NCBI GenBank assembly: GCA_026025795.1 | Contig: JAPEUG010000136.1 | Location: 1-38,458, forward strand | Reading direction: 5' to 3' | DNA from: Thelocarpon superellum | Lineage: Eukaryota | DNA: 38,458 nucleotides | Shown here: positions 11,202-23,507 of the stretch, one piece after another | Layout: the number at the start of each line of letters is the position of its first letter | Position numbering within the stretch: the first letter of the stretch is position 1 | Notes under the pieces: model-generated | What the model was told of the DNA's origin: nothing | The model's input: the letters and a program-made list of their open reading frames with translations, nothing else | Database searches by the model: none | Translations under genes and position numbers: made by a program

Positions 11202-14200
11202 CTACCAGATCCGCTTCGCGACCATGGCGTACCGACTCACGGCGCCGAAAGACGGCGGCGCTTTCTTCTCGCCTTTCTCGGCCGCTTTGTCTCCTCCCCT
11301 CTGTGCCGCGGAAGCGCTCAGCTCGCCCGCTCGCTCCCGTACCCGCTCCCTCTCCTTCCACGTCCGCGCGCCGTCGGGATCGTCGGCGTATATCCACCGC
11401 TTCTTGTCCTCGTCCACCTCCACTGTGCCCCATCCGCCCACTCGCCGCCCTGCCGTGTCCATTTCCAGATGCTGCTCGCGCTCTTTCATGGACCGGTAGC
11501 GCGACCGTGCGAACGAGAGCAGGATCATGCCCAGTACCAGCTTGAGCCCGAGCAGGATCAGAAACGTGGCGAGGAAGAAGGTGAAGGTGGTGAGGAGCGC
11601 AATCACGTCGTCGAATGTGTACGTGTAGGGTGTGCTGGACGTAGTGGTGCTGCCGGCGCCGAAGGAGGACCGGCCGAGAGCCCGTCGCACAATGGCGTCA
11701 AAGTGCGCGAGGGCCGCCGTGGCCACGGGCGTGCTGGTGGAGGTGTCGGTTAAGGAGGTGGAGGATGCTGGGAGCGGAAGCGGCATCGTGCTCGCGAGGA
11801 ACATGTGGTACGTTTGCAGCGACGCCCGGATGAAGAGGCACGAGAGCGGGATGACGGGGAGGCCGAGGCGACGGGTCAGATTCTGGTCCGAGAAGGCCTG
11901 GAGGATTAGTCTGGAACAGTGGCGACGAGGAAGTAGTGGGACTCACATCTGAATAGTAATCCTTGGCCAGGACGTCGAGAAAACGTCCGTAAATGGCGGG
12001 TTTGGTGCTGTTGAATTTGGTCACGTACGCGTGTTTCAACCAGTCCACCAGCATCTCGCTGCCCAAGACCAACATGAACGGTCCGAGGACTTGTCCGGTC
12101 CACTCCGGAAGGATGGTGAAGCTCTTGGGAATGATGGCCCCGCTCCCCATTGGGTTGGTGCTGTTCCCGTTCAAGCCGCTGGAGCTGCCAAAAGTGGAGC
12201 TGGATGACGCCATGGTCAGACCTCCCACCTCCACCAAGTTCCGCATCGCGATGATCAATAGCATCAGCCAGAGCTGGAAACGTTCCACCACGTCCGCGCA
12301 CGTCAGCTGGAAGAGGTTCTCCTTTTCGAACTTCTTGAAGACCGTCGACTTGATCTCGACGAATTGGTTCGACATGAGCAACGTTAAGAGCGCGTTCGAG
12401 TACGAGTTGACTGCCACATTGAGCGTGATGACTTGGTAGAAGAGTGCCGTGGAATGGATGACGCTGTAGGCCAGGGCCAAGAGGAACATGCCAAACGGTC
12501 GTAGGATCTTGCTTCGTCCGTCGGCGTTTCGCTCCAGCGTCTCGCGAGAGAAGAGACATTCCAAAACATCCTGTCCCAGCGCCGAGAATAACCGATCACA
12601 GACCTGTCACGTCAGCGAGGTCGGCAGTAAGATTCGGACGTGCCTCACCTCCAATACGTTGTAGATCACATAAAGCTTGATCGCTGCCTGACCTCGAATA
12701 CCATGATACATCCGACTCGCATCAAACCGCATCAAGACCAAGCAACTAAACAGTACCAAACAGCCCTTCAGCAGGTCGGCTTTGTGACCGGGTGACAAGG
12801 TGGATGGAGTCGTTTTTGTCTGTCGATGCCGACGTGACGTCCGATGATGTCGACGATCCGCATGGATTTGAGTCAGAGTGGGACTCCCAGTCTCATTTGG
12901 AGGGATGGGAGAGACCCTCCTGTTCGAGGGAGTTTTCACTGAGCCCGAAACTCCTCGTGATCGTGAAGCTTCTAGAGGTGACGCTGACATCGTCCCTGAC
13001 ACCAAACCGACGTGCCATCGCTGCCACACGCGGCCCGCGCCCGAGAAGATGAAAGTAGTAATCTCCGTCACCTCTTTCGCCAAATTCAACCCCCACCAAT
13101 GACAGAGAAGACCCAGGGCTTTGACGAAGCGTAAGGGCAAGATGGTGAAGGTATAAAGCCATGCATCGAGACACGCCAGGGCGCCAAACCACAGGACTCC
13201 TTCCAGCTGAGGAGGCAAGAGCAGAAAATTCAAGAGACGCTCAAACTTGATCTGGGATGATTCATAGGGATAGTCGCGAGCCGCCGAACGATGAATGTAC
13301 AGAGGAGAGGGCCGCGACGACGATAGCTCTAGTTGGAGATAGGTCGGAAAGGACAATGGCGGGAGCGGGATGGTCGGCGGCATGGGTGAGGGTGAGGGAT
13401 CAGGCGCGACCTGTGATCTGGGGCCGGCTGAGCCGAGCACATTTGAGTGATTCGAAGATTCCAACGGAAGGGGAGAAGGCGCGGCGCGCGTCGATCTAGA
13501 CAGCGATGACGGCTGCGCTGTGGCATTCAATCGACTGGAGGAGTTTCGTCGCCGGGTCAACTGGGGAGTGGAGATGGCCCGTGGTGAGGGTCCAGGCCGT
13601 CCCACATCTGATGATGCGGACTCGGTATCAAACACCGATGGCGTTGATGGCGATGGCACCCCGGTGGCCGCGGCATCCCCGAGCGATTTGGCGTGACCTC
13701 GGCGCTGATCGGTATGGGCCGAGAGCCGGCCAATACTAGCGGGGTTCTGTAGTGGACGCGGCGTATGATTAGTTCGACGAAGGGCCAAGGACTCGGGCGA
13801 CGACGTGAGCTCCTCGAGTTCGGTCGACGACAGCCTGAGCACTTTGTCTTTGCCTCGATCTCCCGTGACCGGCGGATGGGATTCTCCGGCTGCCAAGGTC
13901 TCGGTTCCTCTCGTCGCATCTTTCCCCGGAAGCCCGCCCGCCTCGACCGCCGACGAGTCATGACCTCCATTCATGAATCTCCTTTCCTTCCTCTCTTCTC
14001 GAGCCCAGTCCTGTTTCGCCTCGGTCGCTGGCCGGGCATTCGGTCGATTGGGAAGTTTGAGCGAGCCGAGCGGCGGGCGTCGTTTGATCGATTGATCGGA
14101 TAAGGCCTCTGACTGCTGCGACGAGACTTTGCCGGGCAAGGATCCATCGGCCTGGTCAGGAAGTTCCTCTGAGTGTATGTAGGGCTCGGCCTTGGGCGCG

Positions 14201-14328
14201 GTGCTTGTGCCATCGGCCATAATCGACCCGTTGGTGGGGAGCCCGTCAGGATCATGATCGGCGTAAAGCTTCAGAGGCGCCACGACGGAATGATCCAGGG
14301 CCAGACCCCCGGGAGAATGGCCGTTCAT
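11202..14328 (-). CDS. EMP65: TAPT1/Emp65-family ER membrane protein (DUF747), about 1010 aa
   Basis: Exons 14328-12649, 12603-11947, 11897-11202. Introns 12604-12648 and 11898-11946. Motifs FGALACLDAWLYTFTILPLR, DASRMYHGIRGQAAIKLYVIYNVLEVCDRL, LLMSNQFVEIKSTVFKKFEKENLFQLTCADVVERFQL, EMLVDWLKHAYVTKFN; ends RYAMVAKRIW*. Confidence 0.92.
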
Positions 14329-14643
14329 CCTTGGCCGTTATGATGAGGACAAGGACAGAGCAGTCATGTTGTCGATGGGGTGCCGCATTAGCTGTGCTGC
14401 ACGCATTTCCATATTCGTGCTCCACCCGACGCGTATCTCCGTCGTCCCGTGCTCGTCTGCTAATTCGTTCTCACTCGACTCTTGACTATGCTCTGGACTC
14501 TTTGATGACTAATCAAGTCCGCAAGGCTGGCCGCAGAAGTCTTTGCCCGCCGGGAGTGTCGATACCACCACCAAAACTCTGGCCTGTAGGAATCAAAGCT
14601 GAATTGTTAATTTACACGTAGTCGGGATAGTAATAGGAGTGGG

Positions 14644-14662
14644 CACGTGATCAGATCACGTG
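14644..14662. promoter_or_regulatory. Perfect palindrome carrying two inverted ATCACGTG (Cbf1/bHLH E-box) sites in the EMP65/DUG2 divergent promoter
   Basis: CACGTGATC-A-GATCACGTG, read directly. RTCACGTG is the known Cbf1-type bHLH motif. Confidence 0.55.
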
Positions 14663-15333
14663 TGCGCTCCTACAGGCCGAGACTTTTGCTCGCGGCCTCG
14701 GTCTTTGTCCTGCCGCACCGATCCTCGGAAGCGGTGTAAGCGGATGAGGCTGCAGGTACGATACGAGGTAACATAAGTAACAACTACTAGTCGTTACCTG
14801 CAGCTTTTCGTCGGAAGCTTTGTGTACAAGGGCGGAAGAATAGTATCGGTCCGCCCTCGTACAGGTATGCGATAGACACGGACATCAAGCACGTATGTTC
14901 TCACAGACCGCTACTTAGTCGCCATCGAGACGCTGAATGACGACAGCAGCTTGTAGTGAAGCTGTCAATTACTACTGCAACACTGCAGCATGGACCTCCT
15001 CCCGGAACAGCCAAGCCGCCTCAACTGCGCGGGGTGGGCAGGGTGTGCCACAGTACCAATAATTCCCCCACCTGTTACGCTAAAACTGCTTGATTGAAGC
15101 GTTTGTTCCGCCCAAGCCTCCAACCCGCGGCCGCCTGTGGGGCGTACGACTGCAACGTAAATCAGGGCCCGTCGCCTGGTGACGAATTATTCTTGCTTAA
15201 GCAATCGGGATGCCCCTCGCTACCAAACCCACCAGCACCGCCTAACGCCAGTAGCAGCTCCAGGTATAAATGGCAGGACGAGCATATGATACTTAGCAAG
15301 CCGCAATACAGCCGTCGACGCATCTGACATGGC

Positions 15334-18300
15334 ATGGCCAAATTTGATTCCGTTCCACCGCGGGTCATGAGCACCTTGGCGGAGGGTTCTCATCTCGGCC
15401 AGGCACAGGCCAGACCGACTTCCTCTCGAGACCTCAAAACCCCGGCCAATGGACTTCGTTTCGCTGCGTCCCCCGGGAATGATCCAATCACGTCTTGCCT
15501 TCCGCAGCATCAAGATGACGCCCCGTCGCTGTTCCATCGCATCCGCCACAACCGCTCCATCCTCTCTCTAGCCGTTTCCGAACAGTCTCTATTCGCAGGA
15601 ACTCAAGGTGGCGACATCTTGGTAGGTCAATCGATGGATTCCTGACGCCCGTGGCTAATGTCGTGCCAAAGGTCTGGTCCTTGGAGACGTACGGACTGAT
15701 TTCCACGGTCCATGGTCACAAGGGAAGTGTTCTCTGTCTGTTCCTTTCTCCGGAAGAAAGACTTTTGTTTTCCAGCGCGGGCGATGCGATTGTCAACGTG
15801 CGTTCTCAGTGCATAATTCCTGAGCACAGGAGCATCCTGACCCGGCCTCAGATCTGGTGTCCCAAGACCCTCCAACGGCTCTACAGCATCTACTCGACTT
15901 ACGACGTGGGGGATGTCTTCTGTGTGGCCTACGCGTCGAGCGTGCGTACGGCGTACTTTGGCGCGCAGAACACCAGCATCCAGGTAATTTGGATCGTTGC
16001 TTCCTCTGGCCTGCTCTCACCAACGTCACAGTGGTATGATTTAGGTCAGAAGGACTCTCGGCCGCCGCCCAATCCCATCCACCATCCCTCACATCGCAAC
16101 CACCGATTCTTTGACTCGGTTGGCCCGGGTGGTCTCTCGACTCCTCGGCCAACCTCCTCGGGGGAGACGTCGCCTCGTGACTACGGAGGCCGAGATCTAG
16201 AGATTGACAAAGACCACATCTTTCAGTACGCTCATTATGGCTATGTCTATTGTATGCTACTCGCGAGAGGCCTGGGCAAGAGCGCCCTGGACGAGGAAAC
16301 ATTGATTTCAGGAGGAGGCGATGGCACGATCAAGCTGTGGGCCTTGGATGCAGATGATGGCGCCATCTCGGAGATTGATGTGCTCGAATCTGGCGATCAA
16401 TCAGTCCTGTGCATGGCGTTGGATGGAACGATCCTGTACAGCGGCATGCTCGAGGGTGACGTCAATGTCTGGGACCTCGACACAAGACAGCTGGTCCGGA
16501 CGGTAAAAGCTCATCCAGAAGATGTCCTGACCTTGTCCATTGGCGGGGGATCAATCTTCAGCGGAGGGGCAAAAGGTGTTGCACGGGTAAGTTGATCACA
16601 CTTTGTTGATGGATGGACACTAATCGGCGTAGACCTTCAACCAACGGTACGAGTGTACCAGTTGCTGGGAGGCTCATGCTGGTCTTATCCTTGCCTCGTC
16701 CATCACGACGTATCATGGTCGACGACTGTTCATCACGGGAGGGAACGATGACTGCGTGGCCATCTGGGACGTAGGTGACTCGGACGTCTCCGCTGGCAAA
16801 GATTCTCAGACCAGCAATGGTACGGGTCCTCCCTCGAATGCCGTGCATCGGGCTGATCTGATACATAGAGCAACTGCTCGGATCGCTCTCCAAGTTGGTC
16901 TCGTATCGCACCGTCTCTTGCGATTCTCAGTATGCAGAAGATTGCCGCCGTGGTGCCACATACCTTCGGATGTTGTTCAAGCGGTTCGGCGCCACGACGG
17001 AGATGCTCAACACCGAGGGGAATCTCAACCCGATTGTGTTTGCCCGGTTTCATGGCCATGCAGAGGATCCGGTTAGAAGAAAGAAGATCCTTTTCTACGG
17101 TCATTACGACGTGATCGCAGCGGAGAATGATGAGGACAAGTGGATAGCCGATCCGTTTCGGATGGAGCCAATCAATGGTTTTCTGTACGGAAGAGGGACA
17201 TCTGACAACAAGGGACCGATCTTGGCAGCGCTATACGCGGCCGCGGAACTGCTGAGGGAAGACGCCCTGCTCTCCGACATTCTCTTTCTGGTTGAAGGCG
17301 AAGAGGAATGTGGGTCACGAGGATTTGCCGATGCGGTACGGAAGAACAAGCAGATGATAGGCGACGTCGACTACATCATCCTCGCAAACAGCTACTGGCT
17401 TGACGACGAAGTACCATGCTTGACATACGGACTTCGAGGGGTCATCCACGCCAGCGTCTCTGTTGAGAGTGACCGACCAGATCTCCACAGCGGGGTGGAC
17501 GGCAGCTCGAGGATGGATGAAGCACTCAAGGACCTCGTCACGCTTCTCGCCCAACTCAGTGGCCCACGCGGACGAATCAAGATCCCGGCCTTCTACGACC
17601 CGATTCTGCCCATCAGCCGGGTCGAGCGACAGCGGTACGACGCCATCACACGCTCCCTCCTCGGCCGCAACCCGACGCTCGCGGACCCGGAAACACTCGC
17701 GACATCGCTGATGCAGAAATGGCGCGATCCATCGCTGACGATTCACCGCTTCGAAGTCTCTGGACCGGAAAACTCCACCATCATTCCACGCCTGGCCCGG
17801 GCATCCCTCTCCATCCGCCTCGTACCAAACCAGGAGTCATCGGCTGTGAAGAAGGTGCTGATCGATTACCTCGAGACCTGTTTCGCACAGCTAGACAGCC
17901 AAAACCACCTCTCCATCTCCATCGACCACGAAGCCGACCCCTGGCTCGGCGACCCGGATAATGAAGTCTTTCAGACACTGGAAGAGGCCATTGTGGAAGT
18001 TTGGGGAGAGAGCTTGAGCAGCAGGACGTCTCCCAACTCATCCCGCTCTTCCTCTCCTACTCCCTTATCCACATCTACAGCAACCGCCCCCACCTCCTCT
18101 TCCCCTCCCTTTCCCTCCCCCTCGTCGCCATCCTCCCGAAAACCCCCAAAGTCGAAGTCGAATTCGAAGTCGAAGTCGAAATCGAAGAAGCAAGAAGTGC
18201 TCTACATCCGCGAAGGCGGCTCGATCCCATCGATTCGCTTCCTAGAGAAAGAATTCGACGCCCCGGCGGCCCATCTGCCCTGTGGCCAAGCAAGCGATAA

Positions 18301-18388
18301 TGCGCATTTGAACAATGAGCGTCTACGGCTTACGAATCTGTACTGCTCCAGACGGATCTTCAAGTCTGTTTTTCGGCGGTTGCATTGA
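15334..18388 (+). CDS. DUG2: Glutathione degradosome subunit Dug2 (N-terminal WD40 repeats + M20 peptidase-like domain), about 935 aa
   Basis: Exons 15334-15621, 15672-15797, 15852-15983, 16032-16586, 16633-16819, 16869-18388; all introns GT-AG. WD repeats (GH..SVL, SGGGDGTIKLW, VNVWD) and M20 motifs LFYGHYDV, YGRGTSDNKGP, EGEEECGS, DLHSGVDG, IREGGSIP, DNAHLNNERL. Confidence 0.92.
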
Positions 18389-18666
18389 TTATTTCCCCCT
18401 CTTTCTCTTCTTCTCCTCGTTCTTCTCATTTCGCAGGGAACTGGGGCAGAGGCCTGGGAGATGAAACATAAAATGGATGGGAGTAAAAGGGTGAGGATTT
18501 TATTCCCGGAGTTCGACCTTTCCGAGTCTCGATGAGATGGATCAGGATAGCCTGTAAATCACATCACATCATCGCACCACGCTTTACAACACCGCACCCG
18601 CATCGCTTGCCAGTTCAAGCGCCACGCTAGAGTGGAGATGAAGGATCAAAGGGACAAGCAAGCTAA

Positions 18667-20048
18667 CTAGCGCAACAAATCACTGAGATGGAACCCTCTC
18701 AATGGCATTTTCTCCCGCCGCTGACTCTCCCTGTCTTTTCGCCTTTTGCCCTTGCCCTTGCCTGTACTCGAGCCCAAACTCGCACCCGCACCCGTAACTT
18801 TTGCGCTGCTGTTACCATTCCCTCCTTGCGCGCCGTCATCCGTCATCATGGTGGATCCTCCGGCGACGCTCGTGCCTCCGCTGCTTCTCCGCTGCGGCTT
18901 CCCTTTCCTGTCGCGGTCTCGGTCTCGGTCCCGTGGCGTGATCGAGCGGGCCTTCTCCCTCTCCTTTCCCCTCTCGCGATCACTGTATTCCACCATTCTT
19001 CGTCGCGAGGAATGAATGGCCGCGGCGTTGGGAGAGATGAACTCGCCATCAACGCTCGTTTGGTCCGTGTTGTCGATATCGGCCTCCGTGACGCCGCGGC
19101 GCCAGGCCTCGATACGATTGACGTCCGCGCCCATATCCAGGTTGTCGTTCGCGGAGGCGTCCTGTCGCGCTTTGATCTTCTTGATGATCTTGTATCCGCC
19201 CAGTGCCACCACTACTACCCCCACGCCTAGACCCGCTGCGATCATGAATTGCGGACTGGCGAGCAGGGCGAATACCGCGGGGAAGCTGCCCTTCATGGCC
19301 ATGAGCGCGCCCGGTGCCAGTTTGGCCGCCACGTTGCTGATTTCGGCGAGGGTGAGCGCCACGGCTGCTAGGGCTTCCGGGTCACGCTGAAGGGCGGCAA
19401 TTGTGGCGGTGACGGAGTGTTGCACGCAGTGGGCTTCCATCAAAAGGCCGTCCACTTTGGACATGAGACCTTTCAGTTCCGCTTCGCGGGGGCTTTGGGG
19501 TGGCAGAGGAGGTGGGATTTCTCCGTACGCCAGGTCCATGTCAATGTGGGCGTCGGGAGCGAGGGAGGTGCTTCGGAGCGGCACGGGCCGACGCTGGATT
19601 AGCTGGCCTTCAGGAGTGGTCTGGCTGCGGTGAAGTCGAGGTGAGGCGGGGTGCGGTGCGCTTGGCGTCATGCCGTCGTCAAGATCCATGGGAGAGTGTG
19701 TAAGGCTCCGTTCGCTCCGCGACGGACTGTGCCGTCGTGGCTTCGACGGTTTGCCGTGTTTAGGTCGGCCTGACTTTCGGGCGTGGCCGCCTCTTGATGC
19801 TTCGTCCTCGGCCGCCATCATCTTCCGGCCGTCTTTGGCTCGTGCCTTCAAATGTCGCTCGGCCACCACCTCGGCCTTTCGTTCTTTGTAGGCAGCTTTG
19901 GCATCTTTCAAGACGGAGAAGACCGTTTTGCTCTGGTCGACGTCTGAGCACACGGTCGTCAGGTTCAAGGTGTTGCACCTACCGAGCTGATGACTTTGCC
20001 AGACCGATCCACCACGGCGATCGTCTGCCCGATGAGTGCCGGATTCAT
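18667..20048 (-). CDS. Uncharacterised fungal protein with one hydrophobic segment and a basic low-complexity tail, about 443 aa
   Basis: Exon 1 20048-19983 (MNPALIGQTIAVVDRSGKVISS), intron 19933-19982 (GTAGGT..CAG), exon 2 19932-18667. Ordered core DMDLAYGEIPPPL...LLMEAHCVQHSVTATIAALQRDPEALAAVALTLAEISN...FPAVFALLASPQFMIAAGLGVGVVVVALGGYKIIKKI. Confidence 0.8.
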
Positions 20049-21223
20049 GGTGGCGCCGGTCAAAGGTGACGGAGAGGAGACGGGTGTCTTCCTCGCTCTG
20101 ATCAATTGCCTTAGAGTCTGGTGAAATTATTCATCAAACATGGTAGATTGACAGCACGAGGATCGCACGCGGAAGGGTTGCTGAAATCAGGCGGATGCTG
20201 AACCGGCCAGCGGGTATCGTATACGCGGAGTGCGAGCAGACGCGGGCAGGAGCAGTAAATCTGGTGAGGCGGTGGAGCGGACGAGTCCTCGGTATTTGTA
20301 TTCGGGTCGGGCATTGATCGAGATGAAGTGGCTGCAGGGTGCAGTGTACCGGTCCCGATCAGGGCTCGCTGTGTCGTGTGCTGATCTGGCTGGGAACGGT
20401 GTGTTGGTCGAGAAACACAATCGATCCACAGGGACCAGACCCGACCCGACAGCCCCAACGACTTGTGACAGGGTGCCGGGGTGAAGGGGTGATAGGACCC
20501 TTCGACCCCCATCCGAGGGCAAATCGAGGGTGGTGGCGCGCGCCAACCAGGTTGGCTCCATCCGAGGAAGTCTGACGATCCTTGCGAGAGTTTACCGGCA
20601 AGCGACCATGGCCAAGCCCCACGGTGGCCGCGTCGCTGGCCGGGCCCAGCGCTCGTTACGAGACGAGTCACCTGAGGGAATAAATGCACGACTACCTACG
20701 GCCTACGGTAATAGGTGATGTGCAGCAAGTACCGGTGTGTGGGCGCAGGCCAGTGGCGGCGAACAGCGTGCCTGACGCGCAATGGGGCGAAGGCGAAGGA
20801 GGATGGTGCGCGAGATTGCCGCCCAAAGGGTCCCCGTAGCGTAACCTTGCCTTCAGCACGACCGAGCGCAGTGGCGTCTGGAACAGCCGGTCTGCTCCGT
20901 AGACCGGCACCATCCGTCTCCTTCAGCTTCCATGGTCATGCGTGGAAGGTGGTCGCTGGTGAGGCCATGTGGGAGAGAGACAGTGCTCGAACCCGCGTTT
21001 AATCGATGAGACAAGGTGACCAGATAGTCTGCTGTCTCAAACCTAACCAGACTCATGTCGAGCCGCGGCATGCATACCTGCCGACCTCGTAGACGCTCAT
21101 CGGCGTATCTCCGCGACTCGTGCCTCTAGATGCGAGAAAGGGCCGTCGGATTTACTGCGACAGCCGAGCTTGACCAGAACCGTCTCCATTCAAAATCACT
21201 AGGCTAGAGTGACACTCTACAAG

Positions 21224-22917
21224 TTACCATCCATCCAACACCGTCATCCTCACCTGCAGTCCACCCTCGGGCTTCGACGTGAGGGACGACGTGACCTTCA
21301 ATTTGTGATCCTTGTCCGCCAGCTCCATCTCGAACCGACCCACAATCCCCGCCAGGATACACGCGAACTCGGACCGCGAGAAGCTGGACCCAATGCAGCC
21401 GCGGGGCCCGTGTAAGAAGGTCAAGAAAGCGTAGTTGCTCTCGGCGCCGCCCGTGTTCGCCAGACCAGGCCCCATCCACCGATCGGGGTTGAACTCGCCC
21501 GCATCGTCACCCCACAGCGCCGTCGATCGATTGATGGCGGCCGGGGCGAGGACGATGCGTGTACCACGTGGCACGGGAGTGCCGAGAATGGTGGAGTTGG
21601 ACGAGATGGCATCCCGGAAGACAACGGGGACGGGCGGGAAGAAGCGCAGGACCTCGTTGCAGACGGCATGGAGATATGGCAGTTGGTCAATCTCTGCCGC
21701 CGTCATCGGGGTGGGGTCGTCGATCGACTGCAGCTTCCCGCGGATCTCCTCGCGGAGCCGGCGCTGACAGTCCGGGTACTTGCAGAGCAGGTAGACGGCC
21801 CACGTCAAGGACGTCGATGTCGTCTCGTGTCCGGCGGCGAGGAAGGTCATCAGCTGGTCCACCAAGTTCGCGTCACTGAATCCCCCGGATTGGAGGGCGA
21901 CGGAAAGGATGTCATGCCCGATTTCCTGCCCCTTCTCAAGCTTCGCCTTGCGTTCTTGGATCAAGTCTCGACCGATCCGCTTGATCACCTCGGCCGCCTG
22001 ATTGATATCACGGTTGCGCCGCATCGGCAGGCGAGACAGCAGCCAAAAGGGGATCAGGAGGAACATGAGCCGCCAGATCTTCTCCCCCCCACCTAGCCGA
22101 AAGACCTTTCGGTACGTCGCGGCCAGCTCGGCGTTGGGGTCTTTGATCGCGCCGAAGTCCTTTCCGAAGCCAGCTAGGCCGATGATGTCCAACGTGACGC
22201 GACTACACCAGTCCGGCATCTCCACCACGGCGGACGGGGGGCTCCCATTCTCCGACCGTGCCTCCTCCGTCACGGTCTGCGTCAAGGCGTCGATAAACTC
22301 TTGCGTCTTGCTCCAGAAGACGGGGTACAAGTCCTTGATGTGACGGAAGGCAAAGGCCGGTTGCAGATTCCGACGTTGGATCTTGTGCTCCTCGCCCTCG
22401 GCCAGCAGGATGCCCACGCCCAGCAGTCTCTTGATCCCGCCGATCAAGGCCTGGGGCTTGCCAAACTCGTAGCTCTTGTGTGAAAGGACCTCGCTGAGTC
22501 CTTTTGGTGAGGTCACAAGGAGCCGTTCGTGTCGAAAGAGACCGGTGTAACGGATGAGGCCATCATTGGGAATGTTGGCCTCCCAGTCTCGATGCGGCAC
22601 ACCCGATTCACTGTTGGTGATGTAGAGGAATTGCCCCCACAAGAGATTCTCGTTCTGTCACCCACCGGTCAGTCATGATGACGCAGCATCAGCCCAGATC
22701 GCAACCTTACCGGAGCCTGGGGGAGATGTCGAAGGGGACTAAAGTAGCGCGGCCAAAGCACCAGAGTCCAGATCGACCAAGCCGTTACTTGCAGCACGAA
22801 GAGACCGAGGCCCAACAACGCGTAGGAGGTGGTCCAGGTATATTGGGGTGCCCGATGCAAGGTAACCGACCCGGCGATAGAAGAAAGGGTGAACTTGATG
22901 ATGGGTGGGCCAGACAT
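21224..22917 (-). CDS. Cytochrome P450 monooxygenase, about 545 aa
   Basis: Exons 22917-22711 and 22654-21224; intron 22655-22710 (GTAAGG..CTGAC..CAG). N-terminal membrane anchor followed by SPLRHLP; I-helix AAGHETT, K-helix EVLR, PDRW, heme motif FLHGPRGCIG. Confidence 0.95.
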
Positions 22918-23507
22918 GGCGGTCGATGGATTGTACAAGCTTTGCGTTGCGGAGACCCTTGGCCGCCGGTGGGAGCCGTGACAGAGAAAAGATCAAGGTA
23001 GTAGCAGGAGATGTGTCGATGAGGAGGGGCACAAGATCGGGTACGTGAGCGATGAGGGTCTAAAACCTGGCTACAGATTCAGCTTCTAGGCAGACGCCGG
23101 GCTGGCATCAACGAGAAGCGGGGAGCAATCACCCTCAGCCTCAGACGCGGCATGGCGTCCCGTGTTGAGACGGGCCTGGGGGAACTTCGGATCCGACTCT
23201 CGGATCCGAGTACGAGGAACGTAGCCAGGATGCTCGCGGTCGGAAGCATACTAGCCCGGCGGCCGAACCAGAGTCAATGGCGGATTGATCAGCCACCTGT
23301 GCGAGTACGAGTCTGTTGATTGTAACTCGTAGACGCCCTATCCACGCCACATGGTCGAAGTCCTGTCAAAGTCCCCTCCTAACCGAGGCTCCATCCTGTT
23401 CAGGCTCGCGCCGGGAAGGGCCCCTAATAAAGCTGTCGTGCATGCCGATAAACGACGCTGGCCCGAGTTTTCTCTGAAGAAAGGTATTGTGATGGGCCAC
23501 ATCCGCC

